From positions 7,659-71,658 of the forward strand of contig JAZURX010000068.1 of assembly GCA_045606385.1 (NCBI GenBank): a DNA stretch of 64,000 nucleotides, in the 5' to 3' direction. The stretch is from Bacteroidales bacterium. GTDB taxonomy: Bacteria; Bacteroidota; Bacteroidia; Bacteroidales; UBA11471. Made by a program: the position numbers and the translations under genes. This document shows positions 45,441-55,131 of this stretch, piece by piece (within the stretch, counting starts at the first letter, position 1; each line of letters starts with the position of its first letter). The notes beneath the pieces were generated by a model. It was not told where the DNA came from and searched no databases. It worked only from the letters and a program-made list of their open reading frames with translations.

Positions 45441-45908
45441 ATGAAACAAATAGATATATCGACAAAGATAATTGTTTGCCATTACAATGAGTTGTCTGAG
45501 GAAGAAAAAAATTTGGTAAACATTGCCCGTTCCATGCCGGCAAAATCATATGCGCCCTATTCGCGTTTCCGCGTCGGAGCGGCAGTATTACTTGCCGATG
45601 GTCGCATAATTACAGGCAGTAATCAAGAAAACGCCTCCTATCCCAACGGATTGTGTGCCGAGCGTGTAGCACTATTTTCGGCCGGAGCAACCGCACCCGA
45701 CATACCGGCTGTCGCCATAGCTCTTGCCGCCGAAAATGATAAAGGCATACCTATCGAGCCTATCACTCCATGCGGAGCCTGTCGCCAAGTGATGCACGAA
45801 ACAGAAATGCGATACGACACACCTTTGCGTGTGCTTATGTGTGGCTGTGATAAGATATATATTTCCGAGTCCGCAAAAGTATTATTGCCATTGTCATTTG
45901 CGCTATAA
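45441..45908 (+). CDS. cdd: Cytidine deaminase
   Basis: Zinc-binding CAERVALF and PCGACRQ motifs; 155 aa. Confidence 0.93.
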   Translation: MKQIDISTKIIVCHYNELSEEEKNLVNIARSMPAKSYAPYSRFRVGAAVLLADGRIITGSNQENASYPNGLCAERVALFSAGATAPDIPAVAIALAAENDKGIPIEPITPCGACRQVMHETEMRYDTPLRVLMCGCDKIYISESAKVLLPLSFAL

Positions 45909-46052
45909 TCATCCCTTCAACGTTGTCGATATTCCGATGGTGACATTCTTGTACCTACGGAAATAGGTACCGATAACTCAAGATTATAATGAGTAGATAT
46001 GGCACAGCCCTCATAGAAAAAAAATTATCGGCATTGATTCTTTTCTGCACTT

Positions 46053-46114
46053 CACTCAATGAAATATTCGTAATAATATTCTCGCTCATGACTCTTATTT
46101 TGAGACGAATATAA
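46053..46114 (+). repeat. Intergenic repeat, copy D (partial, spans a unit junction)
   Basis: cactcaatgaaatattcg ... tattctcgctcat (46077-46089) ... ttattttgagacgaatataag aligns with the agtgaaaaatat, atttctcgctcgt and tatatttgagg..cgaatatag blocks of copy B. Confidence 0.6.
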
Positions 46115-46309
46115 GTCATTTCAAAATCATTACGGCAGAGGCTACACTGTTTTCCGACTTATAAAACAAAGAAACAGATATTAAAAACGCAAAAAGCCCT
46201 GTTAAATAAATTTTTATAAACTTGCGTACAAGACAAAACAAACAACATATATACCATAAAGATTATTAATGAATGAAAGAATACATCTCCCCATAAATTA
46301 ATTTATCAT

Positions 46310-48070
46310 TTAGGCCAATTCGAGACCAAAAGACTCTTTCAATCGGTTGAGCTCAGGATTTTTTTCTGCCATCACCATAAATCGCTCGGCAGGGCTGAAT
46401 GCCTTGCGACGTTCTTGTTTCTCGCTTTCACGTACCATCATTTCTATATGAGTATTACGTAAATTAGTCCGCAAAAAAGATAACAGATTCAACGAATGAG
46501 AATGTATCTTATCGACTTGAGCATGATTATCGACCACAACCTCGAAATCACGAGCATTAATCATTCGAGGCATGCACGATTGCATGGTCTGTATCATCAA
46601 TGTTTCTCCGGGTATCGTATGAGTAAATTGCAACCACACCGACTCCAATTGCTCTTGAGAAAACATTTCATTCATTTCAGCGACTGCCCGTACTTCTTCT
46701 TTCTTTTGCTCGGTACTCTTGAATCCACCATTTTTGATAGAGAACATTCGGTGTTTGCCCGACGTAGCCACAGAGCTCGAAGAGGGTGGTGGAAGTATAA
46801 TTCTGGAAGACTGTTCTGCCTCTGAAACAGGGGAGGCAGCTTGGACTGCATAACTCTTTACTTTCGGCAAATTTGTATCAGCGGCGGCCGGTTGCACCGC
46901 TGTCGTAGGGTTTTGCTGCGACGGAACAATACGTTGCAAAGATAGTGCAAGCTGCGGCTGCGACTGGGGTGCCATCAATTGACATATCTTTATAAGCATC
47001 AACTCTACAAGCAACCTTTTGTTATTGCTTATACGGTAATCGAGCTCACAACGATTGCTCAGTTCCATTGCTTGATACAAGAACGTGTTGGCGCAACGGG
47101 CCGACTGCTCGGCATAACGCTCGGCAATACCGGCACCAACTTCAAGCAAAGGGAGCGTAACAGAATCACGGCTTACCATCAAGTCACGGAAATGGCTGCT
47201 TAGTCCATTAACAAAAAGCTGCGCGGCAAAGCCTGCTCGCAACACCTCATCAAAAATCATCAATGCATCGGGCACGTTGTTTGCAAGCAACGCATCGGTG
47301 AGGCGGAAATAGTAATCGTAATCGAGAATGTTCAGATTGTCGATAGCAGAACGGTAAGTAATATTACCACCCGATGAACTTGCCACCTGATCAAAGATAG
47401 AAAGCGCGTCGCGCATACCGCCATCGGCCTTTTGCGCAATGACATTCAATGCCTCATCTTCGGCAGAAATACCTTCTTGAGATGCCACATAACGAAGATG
47501 ATCTACAATATCGGTCAATGTGATACGCTGAAAGTCGTATATTTGACATCGCGACAATATAGTAGGCAACAATTTGTGTTTTTCTGTCGTTGCCAATATG
47601 AAAACCGCATGATGAGGAGGTTCTTCGAGAGTTTTCAAAAAGGCATTAAACGCAGCAGTAGAGAGCATATGCACTTCATCAATGATATACACTTTATATT
47701 GTCCCAATTGCGGTGGAATACGCACTTTATCGATAAGTTGACGAATATCTTCAACAGAATTGTTCGATGCAGCATCGAGTTCCATTATATTGAGTGAACG
47801 CTGCTCGTTAAACGCTCGACACGATTCACATTCGTTACAAGCTTCGCCCTCATGCGTCGGATTCAAACAATTGATTGTTTTGGCAAAGATTCGGGCGCAC
47901 GTTGTTTTTCCTACTCCCCGAGTACCGCAAAAGAGATAGGCATGAGCCAATTTTCGAGTAGACACCGCTGCCTTGAGCGTTTGCACAAGAGCCTTCTGCC
48001 CCACAACCGATTGAAAGGTCGTCGGACGATACTTACGCGCCGAAACTATATAATTATCCATATCAGTCAA
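46310..48070 (-). CDS. dnaX: DNA polymerase III subunit gamma/tau
   Basis: Walker A GTRGVGKTT, zinc module CNECESC and Walker B IIDEVHMLS. Confidence 0.95.
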   Translation of the reverse strand: MTDMDNYIVSARKYRPTTFQSVVGQKALVQTLKAAVSTRKLAHAYLFCGTRGVGKTTCARIFAKTINCLNPTHEGEACNECESCRAFNEQRSLNIMELDAASNNSVEDIRQLIDKVRIPPQLGQYKVYIIDEVHMLSTAAFNAFLKTLEEPPHHAVFILATTEKHKLLPTILSRCQIYDFQRITLTDIVDHLRYVASQEGISAEDEALNVIAQKADGGMRDALSIFDQVASSSGGNITYRSAIDNLNILDYDYYFRLTDALLANNVPDALMIFDEVLRAGFAAQLFVNGLSSHFRDLMVSRDSVTLPLLEVGAGIAERYAEQSARCANTFLYQAMELSNRCELDYRISNNKRLLVELMLIKICQLMAPQSQPQLALSLQRIVPSQQNPTTAVQPAAADTNLPKVKSYAVQAASPVSEAEQSSRIILPPPSSSSVATSGKHRMFSIKNGGFKSTEQKKEEVRAVAEMNEMFSQEQLESVWLQFTHTIPGETLMIQTMQSCMPRMINARDFEVVVDNHAQVDKIHSHSLNLLSFLRTNLRNTHIEMMVRESEKQERRKAFSPAERFMVMAEKNPELNRLKESFGLELA

Positions 48071-48159
48071 TTCACTTATCTTTATAAAGCAAAGATAGAA
48101 AAGAAATTCGGTATATTCGTCCTTTCAAACAATAAAAATATATACACCTATATATAGAG

Positions 48160-48190
48160 CGATGGCGGTATAATGTATACCGCCATCGCA
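48160..48190 (-). terminator. Hairpin terminator after the GH3 gene
   Basis: Perfect 14-bp stem gcgatggcggtata / tataccgccatcgc with a 3-nt loop, 18 nt beyond the GH3 stop. Confidence 0.75.
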
Positions 48191-48207
48191 TATTTGTTAC
48201 AAATTTC

Positions 48208-50796
48208 CTATTTTACGGAGACAATGAAAGACTGTAAGCCCTTATTGTCCGATGTTCCTCCATAAAGAATTTCATATTTTCCGGGTTTACACCACACCGT
48301 ATTGGTCTGCGGGTCGAAAAATTGGAATGTCGATGCTCGCAAAGGCACTTCTATACGACGAGTTTCGCCGGCACGGAGATGCACCCGCTCGAAAGCCCTT
48401 AATGATTTTATCGGGCCCTCTTCATCTTGCAAATTGCGCACATATACCTGCACTACCTCATCGCCATCACGTGTACCACTATTGGTAAGAGTTATATACA
48501 GCGTATTTTCCTTCCCATCTTTCACTTTATGTGCCAACTTGGCTTTGCCATACTCGAAAGTAGTGAAACTCAATCCATGTCCGAATGGGAAAAGAGGTTC
48601 ACCTTTGAAATAACGATAGGTACGTCCTTTCATATTATAATCGAGGAAGTCGGGCAACTGAGCAGTACTCTTGTAGAAAGTAACCGGCAGACGTCCGGCC
48701 GGATTATAATCACCAAAAATAACATCTGCAATGGCCGTACCGCCTGCTTGTCCCGCATACCATACCTGCAATATTGCATCGACACAAGGTAATTCTTGCT
48801 CGAGACCTATAGCACTACCCGAGCAAAGCAACAATACGACTTTCTTTCCGGCTTTTTTCAAAGCCTTTATTACATCGCGTTGTATCTGAGGCAATTCTAT
48901 AATCTCTCTATCTCCACCACGGAATCCGGGATATTTTACACGCATCTCTTCACCTTCGAGTTGGGGCGATATACCTCCGGCAAACACGACAATATCCTCT
49001 TTGATACTACGAGCAAGAGCATCGGTATTGACGAAAGAATATTTACCAATATCGAAACGCATATAGCCATTACCTCCTCCTTGTACAAATTCGATGATAA
49101 TGTCGTATTTTTCGCCTTTACGTACCGGAAAATTGATGTCGTTATTGTCAAATGCGCGATTATCCCACCACAGAGAGGAGACCGTATCACCATTGATAAT
49201 AAGACGCCAACCATCATCAGCGGCTATTGCCAACGTATATTCTCCGTCGACATCGGAAGTAAATGTGGTTGTATAACGTGCCGACATATCATACATAGGC
49301 ACTCCTACGGCAAATCCGTCGGCATTGCTTATATCGAATTGGGGCGGACGACTGACATGCATCTTGGCTATAGGTTCACCCTTCATTTCGGTATTTGCCC
49401 AATAGGTCGCCGAAAATCCCGGGACACCTTGTGACATACAGCGGTCGAATACGCTTATAAATATTCTATTTTCTACCCAATCACAACCTCGGGTATAGTA
49501 GGTATTTGGAGCCTTTTTGAGTACTGCTTCGAGAATAGTCTCGGTGTGCGAAGGGAAACCGTTGTAATTACCCCACATCATTACCGAGTCTGCGGCATTA
49601 GGGCCTATCAGTGCTATACTTTCATTCTTGTCGAGAGGCAACAGATTGTCTTTATTATATAACAACACCATACTCTTACGCGCCATCTCCAAAGCTTTCT
49701 CCCGATGTTTGGCACAATCGACAACGGAATGTGGAATTTTAGACCACTCGACAAAAGAGTCGTCGTCCATCAAGCCTAATTCAAATCGAGCGATAAGCAA
49801 TCGACGTAACGATGTATTTATCTGCTCCTCTGTAATAAGTCCCTTTTTTACGGCTTTCACCAACGATCGATACTCCGAACCACACTCAAGGTCGGTTCCG
49901 GTAATAACCGCATCGGCCGATGCCGACTCACGATTGGCATGCGTTTCGTGATGGCCTTGACGAAAGAAGTCTCCTATAGCACCACAATCCGATACCACAA
50001 TACCATTGTACCCCCATTGTTCTCTCAATATGTGCATCAAAAGGCGGTCACTACCACAACAAGGTTTTCCTTCGTAACGATTGTAAGCACACATCACCTC
50101 TTTTACACCGGCTTCCTGTACCAGTTCTTTGAATGCCGGCAAATAAGTTTCCCACAAATCACGAGGAGAAATATTTTCCGCATCGAATGAGTGGCGATTC
50201 CATTCCGGGCCACTATGTACCGCATAGTGTTTTGCACAAGCATGTAACTTATCATATTTGGCAGTAGTATCGCCCTGCAAACCGTTTACGACAGCTACCC
50301 CCATACGACCGGTAAGATAGGGGTCTTCTCCGTATGTCTCCTGTCCACGCCCCCACCGCGGGTCACGGAATATATTGATATTGGGTGTCCAAAAAGTAAG
50401 TCCCTGATAACGAAGCCCGTTTTCTTTGTGCTTGAAATAATGATGTTTTGCACGCGCTTCTGTCGACACAATATCAAATGTCTCATACACGGCTTCATCG
50501 TCGAAAGTTGCAGCCATGGCTATCGATTGCGGGAAAACAGTAGCAATACCGGCACGACCTACGCCATGCAACGCTTCATTCCACCAATCATATTCTTTGA
50601 TACCAAGTCGCTCGATGGGAGCAGACACATTGGTCATCAGCGAAACTTTCTCATCGAGAGTCAATCTCTGGAGAAGGTCATCAGCACGTTCTTCAGCAGT
50701 CAAATCGGGATTGCAGAAAGGCATTTTCTCTTGCGCATATGCAAATGACGCACAAAGGAGTCCTACCATCGCAAGCATAAGTTTTGTTCTTTTCAT
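48208..50796 (-). CDS. Glycoside hydrolase family 3 (beta-glucosidase/beta-xylosidase type) with PA14-like insertion
   Basis: Signal peptide, KHYAVHSGPE, nucleophile region GIVVSDCGAI, a PA14-like segment (GEYTLAIAADDGWRLIINGD) and a C-terminal FN3-like domain. Confidence 0.9.
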   Translation of the reverse strand: MKRTKLMLAMVGLLCASFAYAQEKMPFCNPDLTAEERADDLLQRLTLDEKVSLMTNVSAPIERLGIKEYDWWNEALHGVGRAGIATVFPQSIAMAATFDDEAVYETFDIVSTEARAKHHYFKHKENGLRYQGLTFWTPNINIFRDPRWGRGQETYGEDPYLTGRMGVAVVNGLQGDTTAKYDKLHACAKHYAVHSGPEWNRHSFDAENISPRDLWETYLPAFKELVQEAGVKEVMCAYNRYEGKPCCGSDRLLMHILREQWGYNGIVVSDCGAIGDFFRQGHHETHANRESASADAVITGTDLECGSEYRSLVKAVKKGLITEEQINTSLRRLLIARFELGLMDDDSFVEWSKIPHSVVDCAKHREKALEMARKSMVLLYNKDNLLPLDKNESIALIGPNAADSVMMWGNYNGFPSHTETILEAVLKKAPNTYYTRGCDWVENRIFISVFDRCMSQGVPGFSATYWANTEMKGEPIAKMHVSRPPQFDISNADGFAVGVPMYDMSARYTTTFTSDVDGEYTLAIAADDGWRLIINGDTVSSLWWDNRAFDNNDINFPVRKGEKYDIIIEFVQGGGNGYMRFDIGKYSFVNTDALARSIKEDIVVFAGGISPQLEGEEMRVKYPGFRGGDREIIELPQIQRDVIKALKKAGKKVVLLLCSGSAIGLEQELPCVDAILQVWYAGQAGGTAIADVIFGDYNPAGRLPVTFYKSTAQLPDFLDYNMKGRTYRYFKGEPLFPFGHGLSFTTFEYGKAKLAHKVKDGKENTLYITLTNSGTRDGDEVVQVYVRNLQDEEGPIKSLRAFERVHLRAGETRRIEVPLRASTFQFFDPQTNTVWCKPGKYEILYGGTSDNKGLQSFIVSVK

Positions 50797-50819
50797 GTTA
50801 TTACAATTTAATGATTATT

Positions 50820-52562
50820 TTACAATTTTTTTTCGTAATTGACTATATATAATCCGTAAGGTAATGTACCAATATCACTATATGGAATTTTTACGGCAAC
50901 CAATTTTCCCAAGGTATTATATACGTCGACATAGGTCTCTACACCAGAACCGTCATCTATAAAATTGTCGTTTATGGCAAGAATTTCACACGCAATCTTC
51001 AATGCGTCGCGCACCGCATAATAAGCAGGCTTTGCCACAAAAAAATTATCAAACAAGAGTGGTTCGCCACGACTATATCCTGTAAATCCGGGAATCCATG
51101 ACACTGCATCACATACGCCCCATACAAGCACCGATGCGCAATTTTTATTGCCAAGTGCCACATTTACGACTTTACGATAATCGGCAGCTTGCTCAATATA
51201 TGCCGATTCCTGACCGAATCTCTCACGAGGCAAGCTCAAGTCGAGTTCGGTAATAGCACACGACAATCCCAGCGCATTATATCGCTTCATGTTGGTATCG
51301 AGTTTGACCGAGTCGACCGTCCCGACATAGAGATGCGATTGCATGCCTACACCATCGATAGGGACTCCTCTGTTTTTCATTTTTTTTATAAGAGCATAGT
51401 ATCGGTCGGCTTTATCGTATCCACAAAATTCTACGCTGTAATCATTTATATAAAGTTTTACATTCGGGTCGGCTCTATGAGCATATACAAAGGCCGAATC
51501 GATAAAATCTTCGCCTATGACATTTTTCCATATAGAGGGTCGTAGTATCTCTCTATTGTTGTCGCTCACACATTCATTCACAACGTCCCATTCGTGTACT
51601 TTACCCCTATAATGAGAGACAACGGCGGTTATGTGTTGCTCCATGATTGCGAGCAGCTGTTCGCGGGTATAGTTATTGTTGTTCTGCATGCCTTCGGGGC
51701 CGGCTCCCAACCACTCCGGCAACTGAGAGTGCCATATCAATGTGTGACCGCGCACTTTCATGCCATGCTTTGAGGCATAAGCGACCAACTTGTCTCCATT
51801 TGTAAAGTCAAATTCACCCTCTGATGGTTGTAACGCATCGAATTTCATTTCATTGCCGGCCACCACCATGTTGAATTGGCTCGCCACAGTACGGTTAATA
51901 ATTTTGGTATTATCTTCTATGTCGGCATAGAAATTGGCATCGCCTGCTGCAACTGCCACACCAATATTTTTCCCACACATCGCAGCATAGTGACGCAGGC
52001 TTTGCCGCTCATCGGCATGGTCAAACCCGAAATCAATATTTTTCAACACCCTCACATTGTCGATAAAATACTCACTATTATTGGAATTGAAGCCAAACGA
52101 CAACACATCGCTTTCCTCATCGGTCATATTCAACTGATAGCATTTTATACTCCATCGGTCGTGAGGTCCCTGCGACACAAACGAACCATCAATATATACC
52201 CTCTCATTTCCGTAATATATCATTAACTGCTTGTAACTACCATCGGTCGATGGGCGATATAAGTCATAGACCAAGAGGGCATTTTCACCGAATAAATCAT
52301 CTTTTATCTCTTGGGATATGGTAATATTTACCAATGTATTCCATGAAGTACAATTGACATGAAGTACTTTATTTTCACCACCACAAGGATCAATACACGC
52401 TACTGCCGAAGCCGAAAAGTCAGAACCATAAATATTCCTCATCGATATCGAATCACCTATATTATACGACTCGAAATCTTGCAATATCACCTTATCAATT
52501 GCCTGCATCGAAATCACAACAGATACCGCAATTATAAATGTAATTATCTTTTTCATATACAT
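50820..52562 (-). CDS. Endo-1,4-beta-xylanase, glycoside hydrolase family 10, with N-terminal carbohydrate-binding-like domain and probable T9SS C-terminal domain
   Basis: GH10 motifs NEMKFDALQP, RGHTLIWHSQLP, WDVVNE (acid/base Glu) and ITELDLS (nucleophile Glu). The C-terminus VDVYNTLGKLVAV...GLYIVNYEKKL is CTD-like. Signal peptide begins at MYMKKIITF; the listed ORF start at 52604 is probably too early. Confidence 0.9.
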   Translation of the reverse strand: MYMKKIITFIIAVSVVISMQAIDKVILQDFESYNIGDSISMRNIYGSDFSASAVACIDPCGGENKVLHVNCTSWNTLVNITISQEIKDDLFGENALLVYDLYRPSTDGSYKQLMIYYGNERVYIDGSFVSQGPHDRWSIKCYQLNMTDEESDVLSFGFNSNNSEYFIDNVRVLKNIDFGFDHADERQSLRHYAAMCGKNIGVAVAAGDANFYADIEDNTKIINRTVASQFNMVVAGNEMKFDALQPSEGEFDFTNGDKLVAYASKHGMKVRGHTLIWHSQLPEWLGAGPEGMQNNNNYTREQLLAIMEQHITAVVSHYRGKVHEWDVVNECVSDNNREILRPSIWKNVIGEDFIDSAFVYAHRADPNVKLYINDYSVEFCGYDKADRYYALIKKMKNRGVPIDGVGMQSHLYVGTVDSVKLDTNMKRYNALGLSCAITELDLSLPRERFGQESAYIEQAADYRKVVNVALGNKNCASVLVWGVCDAVSWIPGFTGYSRGEPLLFDNFFVAKPAYYAVRDALKIACEILAINDNFIDDGSGVETYVDVYNTLGKLVAVKIPYSDIGTLPYGLYIVNYEKKL

Positions 52563-52635
52563 CGTTCTATCTGTACAAAGATAGAGATTCTTGCTTTTTG
52601 TCATATTCTCAATTTGATAAAAATTTTTTTAATAT

Positions 52636-53416
52636 ATGCGCGCCAATTCCCGTATATTACAAAAATACGACGCCAGCACCACATCGATACCCGCTGTAAC
52701 AATAAATCCCGAACTTATCTCTTTTGTATCAGAAAGTAGTCGCCGATACATGCGTACTATGGGATTCAATCTCGATGCTGATATCGCCACCGACTATATA
52801 CTCACCCTTACAATCAAAGAATATAATGTGTCATTCTTGTCAGGAATAAGATGGTCAAGTACAATACAGATGAACGTGGAGGTACATGATCGTAATCGTA
52901 CACTCATATATCCTAATGTCGCAGCAGTAGGATGAGCCTCTATGCAAAAAAAGTGCTACAAATTTCACTGCAGCAAATGAGGTTTTAAATTTGGCATACA
53001 CTCGCGCTCTGGAAGATATTGATTGGGATCGTATAGCATTCTTTTTGAAAAAATCCGATAGTCCATCGCTCGAAAAAAACAAAAAAGTTAGCGGTAATGG
53101 CGACACAGCCTTGGAATCGACAATAATACGTCGGTACTTAGATTCAACCTCAAAAGGAGCCGATGTATCTATGCGTATTGTCTCATCTACCCCCGATGTC
53201 AAAAACACCAATCAGAACTATGTAGGAACAACACCATACGAATCGACAGAGGCATTTGATATTAAAGGTTTGACATTCAATAATTCAGGCGATGTGCAAA
53301 TAGAAGTTACTTGCGAAAAATCGGGTTATATTACTCAAAAGAAACGCTTCAACCTGCGACAAGCCATCGAACAAAAAGAAATTTCCACAAAATTTAATTT
53401 GATTAAAGAAGAATAG
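52636..53416 (+). pseudogene. Disrupted YajG-like lipoprotein / PEGA-like domain gene (frameshift near 52931-52935; signal peptide missing)
   Basis: ORF 52636-52935 (frame 1) and the open frame 52931-53416 (frame 2) together resemble one YajG-like domain followed by a PEGA-like beta domain. The second part has no ATG (only a TTG at 52991). An in-frame stop lies 6 nt upstream of the first ATG, and there is no signal peptide or lipobox. Confidence 0.5.
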
Positions 53417-53444
53417 TGTGTAGTCGCAATAATAGCTTTTCATT

Positions 53445-53478
53445 AAGACGCCCATAATATAACGGGCGTCTTTTTTTA
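53445..53478 (+). terminator. Rho-independent terminator after the disrupted lipoprotein gene
   Basis: 9-bp GC-rich stem aagacgccc / gggcgtctt followed by a T-run of 6. Confidence 0.8.
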
Positions 53479-53542
53479 TAAATATACGATATAATCTCAA
53501 AATTCTTTTTACTTTTACAATGTCAAATTAAGACTCGCGAAT

Positions 53543-55066
53543 ATGAAAAAAATCTTTCTATCTATATTTATCGCTTATTTCGGAATAGGTTCACTATCGG
53601 CCCAAAATACTTTTGAAGAATACTTGAAAGCCTCACAACAAGAATATTCTCAATACAAAAGTAATAAGGATAAAGAGTTTGAAGAATTTCGTTCGAAAAC
53701 AAATGCCGAATATACGCGTCTGATGCGCCGACAATGGAAAGAGTATAATAGTGAAGACGCTATACCTACACCCGAAAAAGAGCCAACGCCACCGGTGCCA
53801 ATACCGGCTCCCATAGAGGAACAGACGCTTCCGGCCAAGGACAATCCGATAAAAATAGAAACCGTGGTGAAAGCATCTCCTATAACGAAAGAAGAAAAAC
53901 CTCAACCCATAGTAAAAACCGACCCCGTACAAAAAGAACCCACACACACACCCGACTACGTAAAGGGTCGCCATACGTTTACTTTTTATGGTACATCGTG
54001 CGGAATAACCTGGGAGAGAGGAATGTCTTTTTCACTGAAATCGGTAGAAGAAAACGATGTAGCCAACGTATGGGAACATCTTTGTGACAATAACGCGTAT
54101 GCACAATTGGTAAAAGAGTGCATTTCCATACGTGAAGAGATGAACCTTTGCGACTGGGGATATTTATTGCTCTCACAAACCGTTTGCGAATCGGTATTAG
54201 GGAACTCCGGTAACGAAACAACACTTTTACAAGCATTTATACTCAATCAATCGGGATATAAAATACGCATAGCACGCAGCCCCGAGGAGCAACTGTTTCT
54301 GCTTGTGGCAAGTAACTATACAATTTATGACAAAAAATATTTTATACTCGACAATGAACGTTTCTACCTCATAAAATCGTACTCGGGGAAACGACTCAAA
54401 ATTTTTGATCGCAAATTTCCAAATGATTGTGCATTGGATATGACAATAAGCAATGTACCCAAATTTACGCGTAAATTTGCCAACAAACGAACTCTTACCT
54501 CGAAACGCTACCCCGAAGTATCTATAACATTGGCAACCAATCGTAATCTTATCGATTTTTATAATGATTATCCCTCGTCTGCCGTCGTTCAGAATGAAAA
54601 TTCAAAATGGAGTATATATGCCCAAGTACCATTGAGTTTCGAAAGCAGAGCCTTACTATATCCCACATTGAAAAAAGCGATAGCCGGTAAAACCGAAGCT
54701 GAAGCCGCAAACATTTTGCTCAACTTTGTACAGACCGCATTCACATATGAATACGACAACAAAATATGGGGAAAAGACCGCATATTTGCGGCCGACGAAA
54801 CATTATATTATCCATACAGCGATTGCGAAGATCGTTCAATACTATTTTCTCGATTGGTACGCGATCTGTTAGGTCTTGACGTGATACTCATATACTATCC
54901 GGGACACTTGGCAACAGCAGTAAAATTCAATCAGAATATTACCGGAGATCACCTGATTCTGAACGGAAAACGTTATCTCGTTTGCGATCCGACATTTATC
55001 GGAGCCTCTATCGGACGCACCATGACGGGAATGGACAACCACAAGGCACAAGTCATTATGTTATAA
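53543..55066 (+). CDS. Secreted hypothetical protein with C-terminal transglutaminase-like cysteine peptidase core
   Basis: Signal peptide, a coiled-coil-like charged region and a Pro-rich linker. A C-terminal Cys-His-Asp arrangement (YSDCEDRS ... PGHLATAV ... VCDPT) is typical of transglutaminase-core folds. Confidence 0.6.
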   Translation: MKKIFLSIFIAYFGIGSLSAQNTFEEYLKASQQEYSQYKSNKDKEFEEFRSKTNAEYTRLMRRQWKEYNSEDAIPTPEKEPTPPVPIPAPIEEQTLPAKDNPIKIETVVKASPITKEEKPQPIVKTDPVQKEPTHTPDYVKGRHTFTFYGTSCGITWERGMSFSLKSVEENDVANVWEHLCDNNAYAQLVKECISIREEMNLCDWGYLLLSQTVCESVLGNSGNETTLLQAFILNQSGYKIRIARSPEEQLFLLVASNYTIYDKKYFILDNERFYLIKSYSGKRLKIFDRKFPNDCALDMTISNVPKFTRKFANKRTLTSKRYPEVSITLATNRNLIDFYNDYPSSAVVQNENSKWSIYAQVPLSFESRALLYPTLKKAIAGKTEAEAANILLNFVQTAFTYEYDNKIWGKDRIFAADETLYYPYSDCEDRSILFSRLVRDLLGLDVILIYYPGHLATAVKFNQNITGDHLILNGKRYLVCDPTFIGASIGRTMTGMDNHKAQVIML

Positions 55067-55131
55067 AACGACTTAAACCTTTTCCGAACAATGAGGTCTA
55101 ATACAACAAAATATAGATTTTCCCCAAAACC

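Noticed and set aside
45952-45971. Short hairpin gtaccta-cggaaa-taggtac downstream of cdd as a terminator.
   Set aside because: The stem is only 7 bp and no T-run follows, which is too weak to call. It may still contribute to 3' end formation.
45949-46089. 46-codon minus-strand ORF (MSENIITNISLSEVQKRINADNFF...) in the cdd/dnaX gap.
   Set aside because: Its start codon lies inside the conserved core of repeat copy D (ctcgctcat). It has no promoter box or recognisable fold and ends in hydrophobic junk, so it is likely fortuitous.
46340-46375. A-run (GAA AAA AAT on the coding strand) in dnaX as a possible -1 frameshift site for a gamma subunit.
   Set aside because: It lies about 20 codons before the normal stop, so a shift there could not generate a shortened gamma product. 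I found no A AAA AAG heptamer in the middle of the gene.
52927-52938. GGA-TGA context as an RF2-like programmed +1 frameshift joining the two halves of the YajG-like gene.
   Set aside because: There is no convincing upstream stimulatory element, and the gene also lacks its signal peptide. Decay or a sequencing error is the more economical explanation. It is retained only as an alternative under the pseudogene finding.
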